From Chlamydiales bacterium (lineage in GTDB: Bacteria > Chlamydiota > Chlamydiia > Chlamydiales > JAAZZY01), in NCBI GenBank assembly GCA_965206695.1, contig CBDBKM010000005.1, forward strand, positions 1 to 64,000: a DNA stretch of 64,000 bases, written 5' to 3'. The notes beneath the pieces are model-generated. The model made no database searches. It had not been told where the DNA came from and was given only the letters and a program-made list of their open reading frames with translations. Made by a program: the position numbers and the translations under genes. Of the stretch, positions 9,798-18,342 are shown one piece after another. Each line of letters begins with the position of its first letter. Positions within the stretch are counted from its first letter, which is position 1.

Positions 9798-10318
9798 ACA
9801 CTTTCTTCCGGGTTAAAAACATATATACCCGGCAACCCTCGATAGCACTCTTTATAATCGAGTCCATAACCAACGACAAAATGATCCTCTATCTCAAATA
9901 AAGTATAAGTCGGTTTTATAGAGGTTATTTTTTCTATCTTTTTATTTAGTAAGACTAAGCTCGCAATGCTTTTAGGATTCTGTTTTTGTAATTCAATAGT
10001 TACAGTAGCCAAAGTATTTCCGGTATCATAAATATCATCGACAATCAATATGTCTTGGCCTTGAAGGTTCAAGGTCTCTAAACCGTATATATCGACTGTT
10101 TTGTTTGGTGTGGTTCCCATCTCACCATAACTAGAACAATGTATGCATTCCAAGTTAAATTTAAACTCAATATTTCGAATCAAATCAGCTACAAGGCAAA
10201 TCGCTCCTTTCATAATGATAATGAGAGTGACATCCTTATCTTTATAAAGATGGTTAAGCTCTTCTCCAATCAAGGCTAATTTTTTGTGTATTTCAATTTC
10301 TGAGATTAATTGACGCAT
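9794..10318 (-). CDS. hpt: Hypoxanthine phosphoribosyltransferase
   Basis: PRPP-binding ILIVDDIYDTGNTL; FVVGYGLDY. Confidence 0.88.
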   Translation of the reverse strand: MRQLISEIEIHKKLALIGEELNHLYKDKDVTLIIIMKGAICLVADLIRNIEFKFNLECIHCSSYGEMGTTPNKTVDIYGLETLNLQGQDILIVDDIYDTGNTLATVTIELQKQNPKSIASLVLLNKKIEKITSIKPTYTLFEIEDHFVVGYGLDYKECYRGLPGIYVFNPEESV

Positions 10319-10332
10319 AAATCTCCCGCTAC

Positions 10333-11709
10333 CTAACCAAGGTATTCTTCGTTCAAAGTAAAAGTACAGCCATTAGCTATCAAGCGATCGATATAATTTA
10401 AATCATATTGGGAATTTAAGAAATGTTTGTCCTCTAGCATATAACGATGAAAAGGAATCGTTGATTTAACACCGCCAATATGAAATTCATGTAGAGCTCT
10501 TTTCGCTATTGCTATTGCATCAGTACGATCCCTACCTTTTATTATCAACTTCGCAATCATAGAATCATAAGTAGGCGGTATCATATAGCCGGTATAACAA
10601 GCACTGTCAATTCGAACGTTAGGACCCCCGGGTGGCAGATAATACTCCAACCTACCGGGGGAAGGACAGAAGTCGTTTGCGGGGTCTTCTGCATTAATCC
10701 TAAATTGCATGACATGACCGGAAAATTGTATATTTTTCTGTTTAAAAGGTAAAGGTTCTCCCATAGCAATGAGTAACTGATGCTTCATTAGATCAATACC
10801 CGTTAACTCTTCTGTAATGGTATGCTCAACTTGAATACGTGTATTCATTTCCATAAAATAGAAGTTATTATCAGCATCAAGCAAAAATTCGACGGTTCCC
10901 ACAGAAAAATATTTAACTGATTTTGCAATATTTACTGCAGCTTGACAGATCTTCTGCCTTAATTTAGCACTCACGACATGGCTAAAGGTTTCTTCTATCA
11001 ATTTTTGTCTTCGTCTCTGAATCGTACAATCTCTCTCACCCAAATGCACACAATTGCCATGCTTATCGCCAATAATTTGAACTTCTATATGCCTAGGATT
11101 GACAATCATTTTTTCTAGATATACATCAGGATTACTAAAGTTAATTTCTGCTTCAGCACGAGCTGCGGAGAATTGCTTTTCCAAGTTTTTTTCATCTTGA
11201 GCTATTCGTATTCCCTTTCCTCCTCCACCGGCGACGGCTTTGATAAAAATAGGAAATCCAAATTTTTTAGCTTCTTTTTTAGCTTCTTCTATCGTAGCTA
11301 CTATGCCATTAGATCCCGGGATAACCGGACATTTTGCAGCTCTAGCTGTAGCTTTTGCTTGCGCTTTATCTCCTAATAACCCAATTGTTTTTGCCGCCGG
11401 TCCCACAAAATTCAAACCACTACTTTCACAAATAGAAGCAAAATTTGTATTTTCGCTTAAAAAACCATAACCGGGATGAATCGTATCGGCATCTGTAATT
11501 TCACATGCTGACAAAATATTGGGAATCTTTAAATAAGACTTACCGGAAGGGGGTTCGCCTATGCAAATAGCTTCATCAGCGTGTAGTACATGCAATGCTT
11601 CGCGATCCGCTTGTGAGTACACTGCAACCGTTTGTAAGCCTAAATCATGACACGCTCGAATGATACGTAACGCTATTTCTCCGCGATTTGCGATTAAAAC
11701 TTTCTTCAT
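10333..11709 (-). CDS. accC: Acetyl-CoA carboxylase, biotin carboxylase subunit
   Basis: KKVLIANRGEIA, HPGYGFLSEN, GGGGKG and EMNTRIQVEH motifs. Confidence 0.96.
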   Translation of the reverse strand: MKKVLIANRGEIALRIIRACHDLGLQTVAVYSQADREALHVLHADEAICIGEPPSGKSYLKIPNILSACEITDADTIHPGYGFLSENTNFASICESSGLNFVGPAAKTIGLLGDKAQAKATARAAKCPVIPGSNGIVATIEEAKKEAKKFGFPIFIKAVAGGGGKGIRIAQDEKNLEKQFSAARAEAEINFSNPDVYLEKMIVNPRHIEVQIIGDKHGNCVHLGERDCTIQRRRQKLIEETFSHVVSAKLRQKICQAAVNIAKSVKYFSVGTVEFLLDADNNFYFMEMNTRIQVEHTITEELTGIDLMKHQLLIAMGEPLPFKQKNIQFSGHVMQFRINAEDPANDFCPSPGRLEYYLPPGGPNVRIDSACYTGYMIPPTYDSMIAKLIIKGRDRTDAIAIAKRALHEFHIGGVKSTIPFHRYMLEDKHFLNSQYDLNYIDRLIANGCTFTLNEEYLG

Positions 11710-11714
11710 ACGGA

Positions 11715-12194
11715 TCAACTTTTAGTTATGCGGAATATATTTGAGCCAAATTCGACAGGATGACCATTTTCAATCAAAGCTTCTTTTACAACTCCCGCTA
11801 ATCCGGATTTAACTTCATTCATAACTTTCATAGCTTCGATGATACAGACAACCGTATTTTCATCAATCTCGTCCCCCGGCTTAACAAATGGAGGATCCTC
11901 GGGTGATGGCGCCATATAGATCGTGCCAACCATAGGAGATGAAACATAACTCGCTTCATCTTCTTCTTTTGGTGATTGAATTGCTTCCTTTTCAATCACT
12001 TGAGGGATTTCAGTCCGTTGAGGCATATGAGAAGGTAAGGGTGGGGGCGTAAGTGGAAATGGTGCAACAGCGGGTAGATCCTGAGGGGGTTTATGTTCGA
12101 GATGTAACTCAAAGTCCCCTTTTTTGATCAAAAGCTTATTCACTTCAGTTTTTTCAAATGTATTAATTAAGTCCTTAATCTCGTCTATTTCCAC
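11715..12194 (-). CDS. accB: Biotin carboxyl carrier protein
   Basis: SPMVGTIY and EAMKVMNE biotinylation motif; Pro-rich linker; GTG start at 12194 after GGAG. Confidence 0.93.
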   Translation of the reverse strand: MEIDEIKDLINTFEKTEVNKLLIKKGDFELHLEHKPPQDLPAVAPFPLTPPPLPSHMPQRTEIPQVIEKEAIQSPKEEDEASYVSSPMVGTIYMAPSPEDPPFVKPGDEIDENTVVCIIEAMKVMNEVKSGLAGVVKEALIENGHPVEFGSNIFRITKS

Positions 12195-12231
12195 GCCAAA
12201 CTCTCCATTAAAAATAAAAGAAAAACCAATT

Positions 12232-12783
12232 CTATATCCTTTGGATATACTCATCAGTCTTAGTATCCACCTTGATAAGGTCGCCAATTTCCACAAACAA
12301 AGGTACTTGAATTTTAGCCCCTGTTTCTAACGTTGCCAACTTAGTCGCATTTGATACTGTGATCTTCTCGCTAGACTCTTCTGTTTTTGTTATCATTAAT
12401 TCCAAAAATTGCGCGAGTTCAATAGAAAATATAGTGTCACCATAGAAAATGGCTTTTACTTGAACCCCTTCTTTTAAATAATTTACTTTATTTTCAATAA
12501 TTTCAGGTGGAACAGGTACTCTCTCCAATTTATCAATATCCAAAAACAAATAATCTTTTTTTTCTAAATAAAGGTATTCTAACTTGCTTTCGGATAAAAA
12601 AACTTCTTCAACAACCTGGTCCTGCTTAAAATTTCTTTCCAAAACCTCATCTGAAATAAGATTTTTCAGCTTGGTTTTAATAAATGGGGTGCCTTTCGCA
12701 ACCGTAACTTTCACACTAGATTCTACGCGGTAAAGCTTCCCTTTCAAATTAATAATCATGCCGGGGCTAATGGATGTCGTCAT
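12232..12783 (-). CDS. efp: Elongation factor P (divergent paralog)
   Basis: KLATLETGAKIQVPLFVEIGDLIKVDTKTDEYIQR C-terminus; located upstream of accB. Confidence 0.9.
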   Translation of the reverse strand: MTTSISPGMIINLKGKLYRVESSVKVTVAKGTPFIKTKLKNLISDEVLERNFKQDQVVEEVFLSESKLEYLYLEKKDYLFLDIDKLERVPVPPEIIENKVNYLKEGVQVKAIFYGDTIFSIELAQFLELMITKTEESSEKITVSNATKLATLETGAKIQVPLFVEIGDLIKVDTKTDEYIQRI

Positions 12784-13094
12784 TGAATCTTTCCCATAAA
12801 ATTAAAACTAAGTAATTAGTAAAACAAATTTTCATCTAACAAATGCGAAATTATACCAATTGCAATGATTGACTGCTATCAAAATTTATGAAATGCTAAA
12901 TGACGTGTATATCTCGCAATTATGGGGTTGATTAAAGAATAAACCACTATGCTTTCATCTAAAAACCAAGAAAGCGCCTAACAGAAGACTATCCATTACT
13001 TAAAAAAAATGGATGCTCTTTTCGGCAAAGATCGATTGATAGCATAAAAAGTTTATTTCATTTCAGGAAAAACAAATATTAGTTTTAAGTCGCT

Positions 13095-14057
13095 TTAACT
13101 AAGTTTAATAACTTTCATTAAATAAAAAGCCAGTTGCTCAGGATCATGCCTTATTAGATTTCTTCTGATCAGATCATTAGGCTTATTTTCTCCTGCATCA
13201 CCTAAAAGAGGAGCGCTTATAATTCGACTTCCCTTTAGATCATTTTTTACCAAGCTGCCTTGTTCGGCATAAAGAACCATTAACTCTTTTGGAGGAGTGG
13301 CATTATTTACAATGATATAATCAAAAATATCCTTTCCAATAAAACGACAAACTTCATTTAAATAATCGCTCGCCTTATATTCCGTGGTGCACCCTTTTCT
13401 ATTCATAAGATTAACAACAAAGATTTTTTTTGCTTTCGATTTGCAAAGAGCTTGTCCTATATTTTCAACCAGTAAGTTAGGTATTAACGAAGTATGTAAG
13501 CCACCGGGCCCTAAAACTAAAAGATCGGAATACATAATCTCCTCAAGAGCATGAGGATTGATTTTTGGAGTGGGTTCTAAAAAAAATTGGCTATAACCTT
13601 GATCTATCTCTTCAGACAAATAGATCTCTCTCTCTCCATCTAACAGCTTACCATTTTTTAAAATCAATTTTAGACGCACAGAGTTAGAGGTTATTGGAAT
13701 GACCTTTCCTTTTATAAGTAAAATCTTTCCCATCTCTTCTACAGCTCGCTCAAAACTGCCGGTTACCTTTTCTAAAGCAGAAAGAAAAAGATTACCAAAA
13801 CTATGCCCTCCTAATCCGCCACTCTCGAAACGATAATTAACTAAATCACGCATTAAAAGAGAGGAATGTGAAAGAGCTATTAAACACTGCCTAACATCTC
13901 CCGGAGGCAAAACACCTAGTTCATCTCGTAAAATTCCGGTGCTCCCGCCATCATCTGCCATTGAAACAATCGCTGTTAGATTTACCGGATAGGCTTTTAA
14001 ACCCGAAAGCACTACAAAATTGCCTGTACCTCCTCCTATAACGACAATTTTTTTCAT
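13095..14057 (-). CDS. YvcK/CofD-family protein
   Basis: VVIGGGTG, ADDGGSTG, LPPGDVRQCL, GHSFGNL and IRHDP motifs. Confidence 0.9.
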   Translation of the reverse strand: MKKIVVIGGGTGNFVVLSGLKAYPVNLTAIVSMADDGGSTGILRDELGVLPPGDVRQCLIALSHSSLLMRDLVNYRFESGGLGGHSFGNLFLSALEKVTGSFERAVEEMGKILLIKGKVIPITSNSVRLKLILKNGKLLDGEREIYLSEEIDQGYSQFFLEPTPKINPHALEEIMYSDLLVLGPGGLHTSLIPNLLVENIGQALCKSKAKKIFVVNLMNRKGCTTEYKASDYLNEVCRFIGKDIFDYIIVNNATPPKELMVLYAEQGSLVKNDLKGSRIISAPLLGDAGENKPNDLIRRNLIRHDPEQLAFYLMKVIKLS

Positions 14058-14074
14058 TATATTTCCTTATTCTA

Positions 14075-14773
14075 TTATCTTAATTTCTTAATGGCATTTG
14101 CTATATTAGGTGATTTAAAAAGATACGTACCGGCCACTAAAATATTCGCTCCTGCAGCAACGCATTTTGGGCCTGTTTCATCATCTATTCCACCATCAAC
14201 TTGAATATCAAATAGAGAATCATATTCCGTTACAGTTTCCTTGACTACGCCACCCTCAATAATTTTTAATGTCTTACAGGTCTCTCTTATAAATTTCACT
14301 TTTTCTAATACATCCGGGATAAACGCCTGTCCACCAAAACCCGGATCAACTGTCATCAATAAAAGTAAATCACATTTATCTAAAAAATTAATAATCAAAG
14401 AAGAAGAGGTTTCAGGACATATTGCTAAGCCGGCTTTGACCCCACATTTTCTAATAAATTGAAGTGCTTCTTCGACATCTTCGGTCGCTTCAAAATGAAA
14501 CGTAATTCTATCCGATCCGGATGCTACAAGCCTTTCGATATAATCAAACGGATTGTAAATCATAATATGAACATCGAGAAATAAATTAGTGGATCGGTTA
14601 ATAGCTTGAACAGCTTTTGGTCCTAGAGCCAGATTAGGAACAAAATGTCCATCCATAATATCAATATGGATCATATCAGCTCCGGCGTCCTCTAATCGTT
14701 TGGCTTCATCAGCTAAATGACCAAAATCTCCGGCTAAAATTGAAGGGGCTACCTTAACGTTGTGTTTATCCAT
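14075..14773 (-). CDS. rpe: Ribulose-phosphate 3-epimerase
   Basis: APSIL, HIDIMDGHFVPN, MTVDPGFGGQ and VDGGI motifs. Confidence 0.95.
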   Translation of the reverse strand: MDKHNVKVAPSILAGDFGHLADEAKRLEDAGADMIHIDIMDGHFVPNLALGPKAVQAINRSTNLFLDVHIMIYNPFDYIERLVASGSDRITFHFEATEDVEEALQFIRKCGVKAGLAICPETSSSLIINFLDKCDLLLLMTVDPGFGGQAFIPDVLEKVKFIRETCKTLKIIEGGVVKETVTEYDSLFDIQVDGGIDDETGPKCVAAGANILVAGTYLFKSPNIANAIKKLR

Positions 14774-14876
14774 TATTATGTACGCCTCAATAATTAAAAG
14801 TCATAGTTTAGAAATTATAAAAATGTAGACCATTTTAATGAATTTAGCATTCAAAGTCTAAAAATAAATCAAAAAA

Positions 14877-14905
14877 TTGACTTTCGAATATTATATCGCT
14901 ATATA
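14877..14905 (+). promoter_or_regulatory. Candidate sigma70-type promoter for 14938
   Basis: TTGACT-17 nt-TATATA; weak evidence in an AT-rich background. Confidence 0.4.
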
Positions 14906-14937
14906 AATTTTTTATCAAAAGTCGAGGTATTAAAAAA

Positions 14938-15534
14938 ATGAATGAAACGATAGAGCCAAAAAAATTAAATATTTACCTTATTAGGCATGGCGAAACCGAA
15001 TGGTCCAAGTCAGGGAAGCATACAGGTAGAACCGATATTGAACTTACTGAAAATGGCAAGCAACAAGCTCTTTTACTTAAAAATCAACTTAACCATCGCA
15101 AATTCGATAAAGTCTTAATAAGTCCTCTGAAAAGAGTGATAGAGACTGCAACTATAACCGGATATAGAGATCAAGGTGAATTATCAGATGACCTTCTTGA
15201 ATGGGATTATGGAGACTTTGACGGTCGAACTACGACAGAAATGAGAAAAGAAATTCCGGGTTGGAATATTTTTGATGTTCACATCAAAAATGGTGAGTCT
15301 ATAGAAGATGTAGGAGCTCGGGCTGATCGAATTCTAAAAAAAATTCTTGAATATACCGGCGATATTGCTTTATTCTCCAGCGGTCACTATTTACGAGTCT
15401 TAGGAGCTCGTTGGATTGGTCTACATCCTCTGGTCGCTCGTTATTTTGCTTTATCGACGGCCTCCTTATCCCTTTTAGGGTATGAGCGAGAAACGCCGGT
15501 AATCCAAATTTGGAATAGCACCCAAGAGGCTTAA
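14938..15534 (+). CDS. Histidine phosphatase (phosphoglycerate mutase family)
   Basis: LIRHGETEWS, SPLKR and LLEWDYG motifs. Confidence 0.88.
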   Translation: MNETIEPKKLNIYLIRHGETEWSKSGKHTGRTDIELTENGKQQALLLKNQLNHRKFDKVLISPLKRVIETATITGYRDQGELSDDLLEWDYGDFDGRTTTEMRKEIPGWNIFDVHIKNGESIEDVGARADRILKKILEYTGDIALFSSGHYLRVLGARWIGLHPLVARYFALSTASLSLLGYERETPVIQIWNSTQEA

Positions 15535-15615
15535 AAAAAGATTACTATGTCTGAAAAATAACCTTGTTTGTTTAACAAAAAACTGCTACTATTCAATTAA
15601 TATCAAAAATTAACT

Positions 15616-16779
15616 TTGTTATGTATTATGTTTAAATCTTTATTGTCAAAAAAAAGAAATTGGGCTGTTGGCTTATTTATCATCACTTATCATCTTGTTC
15701 TAGCTGTTACTCTTCCATTTTATCTATATTTTGTAGGTCCCTCAGTAGGGCTGATTCTAGCCTCTATAGGTCTATTTCTATTAAGTGGGGTCAGCATAAC
15801 TGCAGGATATCACCGTTATTTTTCTCATAAATCTTATAAAACGAATAAATGGATAGAAGCCATTTTATTGTTTTTCGGCACCATTGCCACTCAAGGAAGC
15901 GCTCTTCGCTGGAGCTTTGAGCATCGCCTCCATCATGCATATGTCGATACAAAAAAAGATCCTTATTCTATTAAAAAAGGCTTTTGGCATGCACACTTTA
16001 CTTGGCTTTTTGATGACCCGGCGCCAATCGACCCAAAAGTAGTGCCTGATCTTTTAAAAAATAAACTAGTAATATTCCAGCATCGTTTCTATCCATTATT
16101 AATGATACTCACTAATGGATTACTCATCACCTTAGCTGCTATTTGCTTTCATGATGTTTTAGGAGCTATTTTAATTTATGGACTTTTAAGAATGTTCTTT
16201 TTACACCACTTTACCTGGTTTATTAATTCCTTAGCTCATATGTGGGGCAGTAAAACTTATTCCGGAGAACATACCGCTGTAGATAATTATGTTATTTCGC
16301 TCGTAACTTTTGGAGAAGGTTACCACAACTATCATCATACATTTGCTAATGATTATCGTAACGGCATTAAATGGTTCCATTTTGACCCTTCCAAATGGTT
16401 AATCTGGACATTAAGTAAATTAAGATTAGCAACCGGCTTAAGACGAATGGATTCTTATACCATTAAAAAAAGACAGCTTTTAGCCGATAACACGACCCTA
16501 TTGAAAAAGATTAGAAATCATGTAGATGATAAAGCCGGGTTATTAGAAACAAAATTATCTGATGTTTCCAATCAGATTATTAGCAATCTGAATATGATAA
16601 CCGGTCTCTTAAACAAATATCGGGCAATAAAAAAAGAGAAGTCCGATCTTGCAAAAGAAAAATGTTATTCCATTCGAAAGGAGGTAAAACATTTACGAAG
16701 CAAACTTCATGGCGACTGGAAATCTTGGGCAAAACTTTCTAAGGGAATTAGAAAATTAAAACCCGCTACTTTAGTCTAA
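15616..16779 (+). CDS. Delta-9-type fatty acid desaturase
   Basis: His boxes HRYFSH, HRLHH and HNYHH; GEGYHN; TM segments; C-terminal coiled coil. Confidence 0.9.
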   Translation: MLCIMFKSLLSKKRNWAVGLFIITYHLVLAVTLPFYLYFVGPSVGLILASIGLFLLSGVSITAGYHRYFSHKSYKTNKWIEAILLFFGTIATQGSALRWSFEHRLHHAYVDTKKDPYSIKKGFWHAHFTWLFDDPAPIDPKVVPDLLKNKLVIFQHRFYPLLMILTNGLLITLAAICFHDVLGAILIYGLLRMFFLHHFTWFINSLAHMWGSKTYSGEHTAVDNYVISLVTFGEGYHNYHHTFANDYRNGIKWFHFDPSKWLIWTLSKLRLATGLRRMDSYTIKKRQLLADNTTLLKKIRNHVDDKAGLLETKLSDVSNQIISNLNMITGLLNKYRAIKKEKSDLAKEKCYSIRKEVKHLRSKLHGDWKSWAKLSKGIRKLKPATLV

Positions 16780-16791
16780 AGAAATAAACTT

Positions 16792-16834
16792 CTTATGCAT
16801 TCCTAGAATCGCTTGCATTCTAGGAATGCATAAG
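16792..16834. terminator. 18-bp perfect inverted repeat after the desaturase (terminator or stabilising hairpin)
   Basis: CTTATGCATTCCTAGAAT-7 nt-ATTCTAGGAATGCATAAG; no immediate U-tract. Confidence 0.6.
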
Positions 16835-16886
16835 GCAAGATTTTATCCGCAAGTATTTATATCTAAATCTACCGGGATAAAATCTT

Positions 16887-17654
16887 ATGAGTCATACAAT
16901 TTTAAGTTTCACATCGATGCCTGATCGCATTCACTATAGTCGACCCATGGTTGAATCTATTTTAAATCAATCAGTTCAACCGGACGAAATTATCCTCTGG
17001 CTAAGTAAACGAACTAAAAGAACGAATGAAGTCATGAACTATGAAAAAACCCCCTCATTTATTATTAATACTAAAATTAAGATTTTTTTTACTGAAGACT
17101 GTGGTCCCAACACAAAGTTTCTACCAAGCCTCAATTATGCAAAAGGAGCAAATACCATGATTATTACAGGAGATGATGATACCATTTATCCTAAAGATTG
17201 GCTCAAAAATTTAATTGAGTATGCCAATCACCATCCTGATGTAGTCGTCGGTTATCGCGGTAAAATCTTTAAAAAACCCTCTTTTAAAGCTTCTTTTTTC
17301 CCATTTAACCTTCAAAGGTCACCAAAGTATAAAAAAGCCAAGACTATTATCCCAAACAATCTTAAGGAGGCCTTGAAAGTTGATGTTCTAACCGGCGTAT
17401 TAGGAGTGCTTTATAGAAAAAAATTCTTTGATAACAGCGTATTCGATATGAAATGTTGTCCAAGAGCTTTCTATAACGACGATCTATGGAACTGCGGCCA
17501 TCTGGCTAAAAAGGGAATAGAAAGGCATTGTATTGGCATTAATCAGCCATTTGAAGATATTCCAATGGAAACCGTCGATCGATTATGGGACTCAGTCAAT
17601 CGAAAGTCAGGACATAATGATGTTATATTAAAACATTTTAAAAAATATTGGTGA
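16887..17654 (+). CDS. Putative GT-A fold glycosyltransferase
   Basis: SFTSMPDR, SILNQSVQPD, GPNTKFLP, ITGDDD and NDDLW motifs. Confidence 0.75.
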   Translation: MSHTILSFTSMPDRIHYSRPMVESILNQSVQPDEIILWLSKRTKRTNEVMNYEKTPSFIINTKIKIFFTEDCGPNTKFLPSLNYAKGANTMIITGDDDTIYPKDWLKNLIEYANHHPDVVVGYRGKIFKKPSFKASFFPFNLQRSPKYKKAKTIIPNNLKEALKVDVLTGVLGVLYRKKFFDNSVFDMKCCPRAFYNDDLWNCGHLAKKGIERHCIGINQPFEDIPMETVDRLWDSVNRKSGHNDVILKHFKKYW

Positions 17655-17655
17655 G

Positions 17656-18330
17656 TTAAAGTAATATTGTTAACTCATTGACATTCTGTAGAATAAGACT
17701 AGCTCCAATATCATATAAAGCTTGATGGTTATCTGTATTACCTACATGAGGTGGAACAATTGCAATGCTTTTGATATTAGCATTTTGCGCCTCCTTCACA
17801 TCATCTAAGCAATAGCCGACATAAATCCCTTTATTTAACTGAAATTTTTCCATCACTTTTTTAATACCGTCAGGATGAGGTTTTGGATGCTTAACATCTT
17901 CTTTAGCCACCAAAACATCAAAATATTGAAGTTTATTAAAACGTTCTAAAGCATATAAAGCTTCTAGTCTTGGGCGAGCCGTAACAATAGCTAAATGAAA
18001 TTTCTCATCTAATTGCTTTAAAATATCTTTCTTTAACAACCATTCTTCATTTTGCATCAGGCTATAGCCATTAGTTCCAATGTAATAATCTTGAAACTTC
18101 GATATGACCGTGTCAATATCGGGTGTAATTTGAGATTCCTTTAGAATATTTAAGATAATATTATAAAAATTGCTAAAGCCTTCTTTAAATCTAAAAGCAT
18201 CTAAAATATTTGCTTTTATACTAGCTTCCAGAAACTCTTCAATTGTCTTTTGAGTACTGAGAAAGTACGAATCATTTATGTTAACCAAAGTATCATTAAT
18301 CTCGAAAATAAGTAGCTGCTTTTCTTTCAT
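17656..18330 (-). CDS. HAD-superfamily hydrolase-like protein with degenerate catalytic motifs
   Basis: AIVTAR and KPHPDGI present; motif I reads FEIND and motif IV reads GYCLDD. Confidence 0.75.
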   Translation of the reverse strand: MKEKQLLIFEINDTLVNINDSYFLSTQKTIEEFLEASIKANILDAFRFKEGFSNFYNIILNILKESQITPDIDTVISKFQDYYIGTNGYSLMQNEEWLLKKDILKQLDEKFHLAIVTARPRLEALYALERFNKLQYFDVLVAKEDVKHPKPHPDGIKKVMEKFQLNKGIYVGYCLDDVKEAQNANIKSIAIVPPHVGNTDNHQALYDIGASLILQNVNELTILL

Positions 18331-18342
18331 CTAAAATAATCC

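Noticed and set aside
12840..13090. Possible gene remnant between yvcK and efp
   Set aside because: Stops in the frames read and no recognisable similarity by eye.
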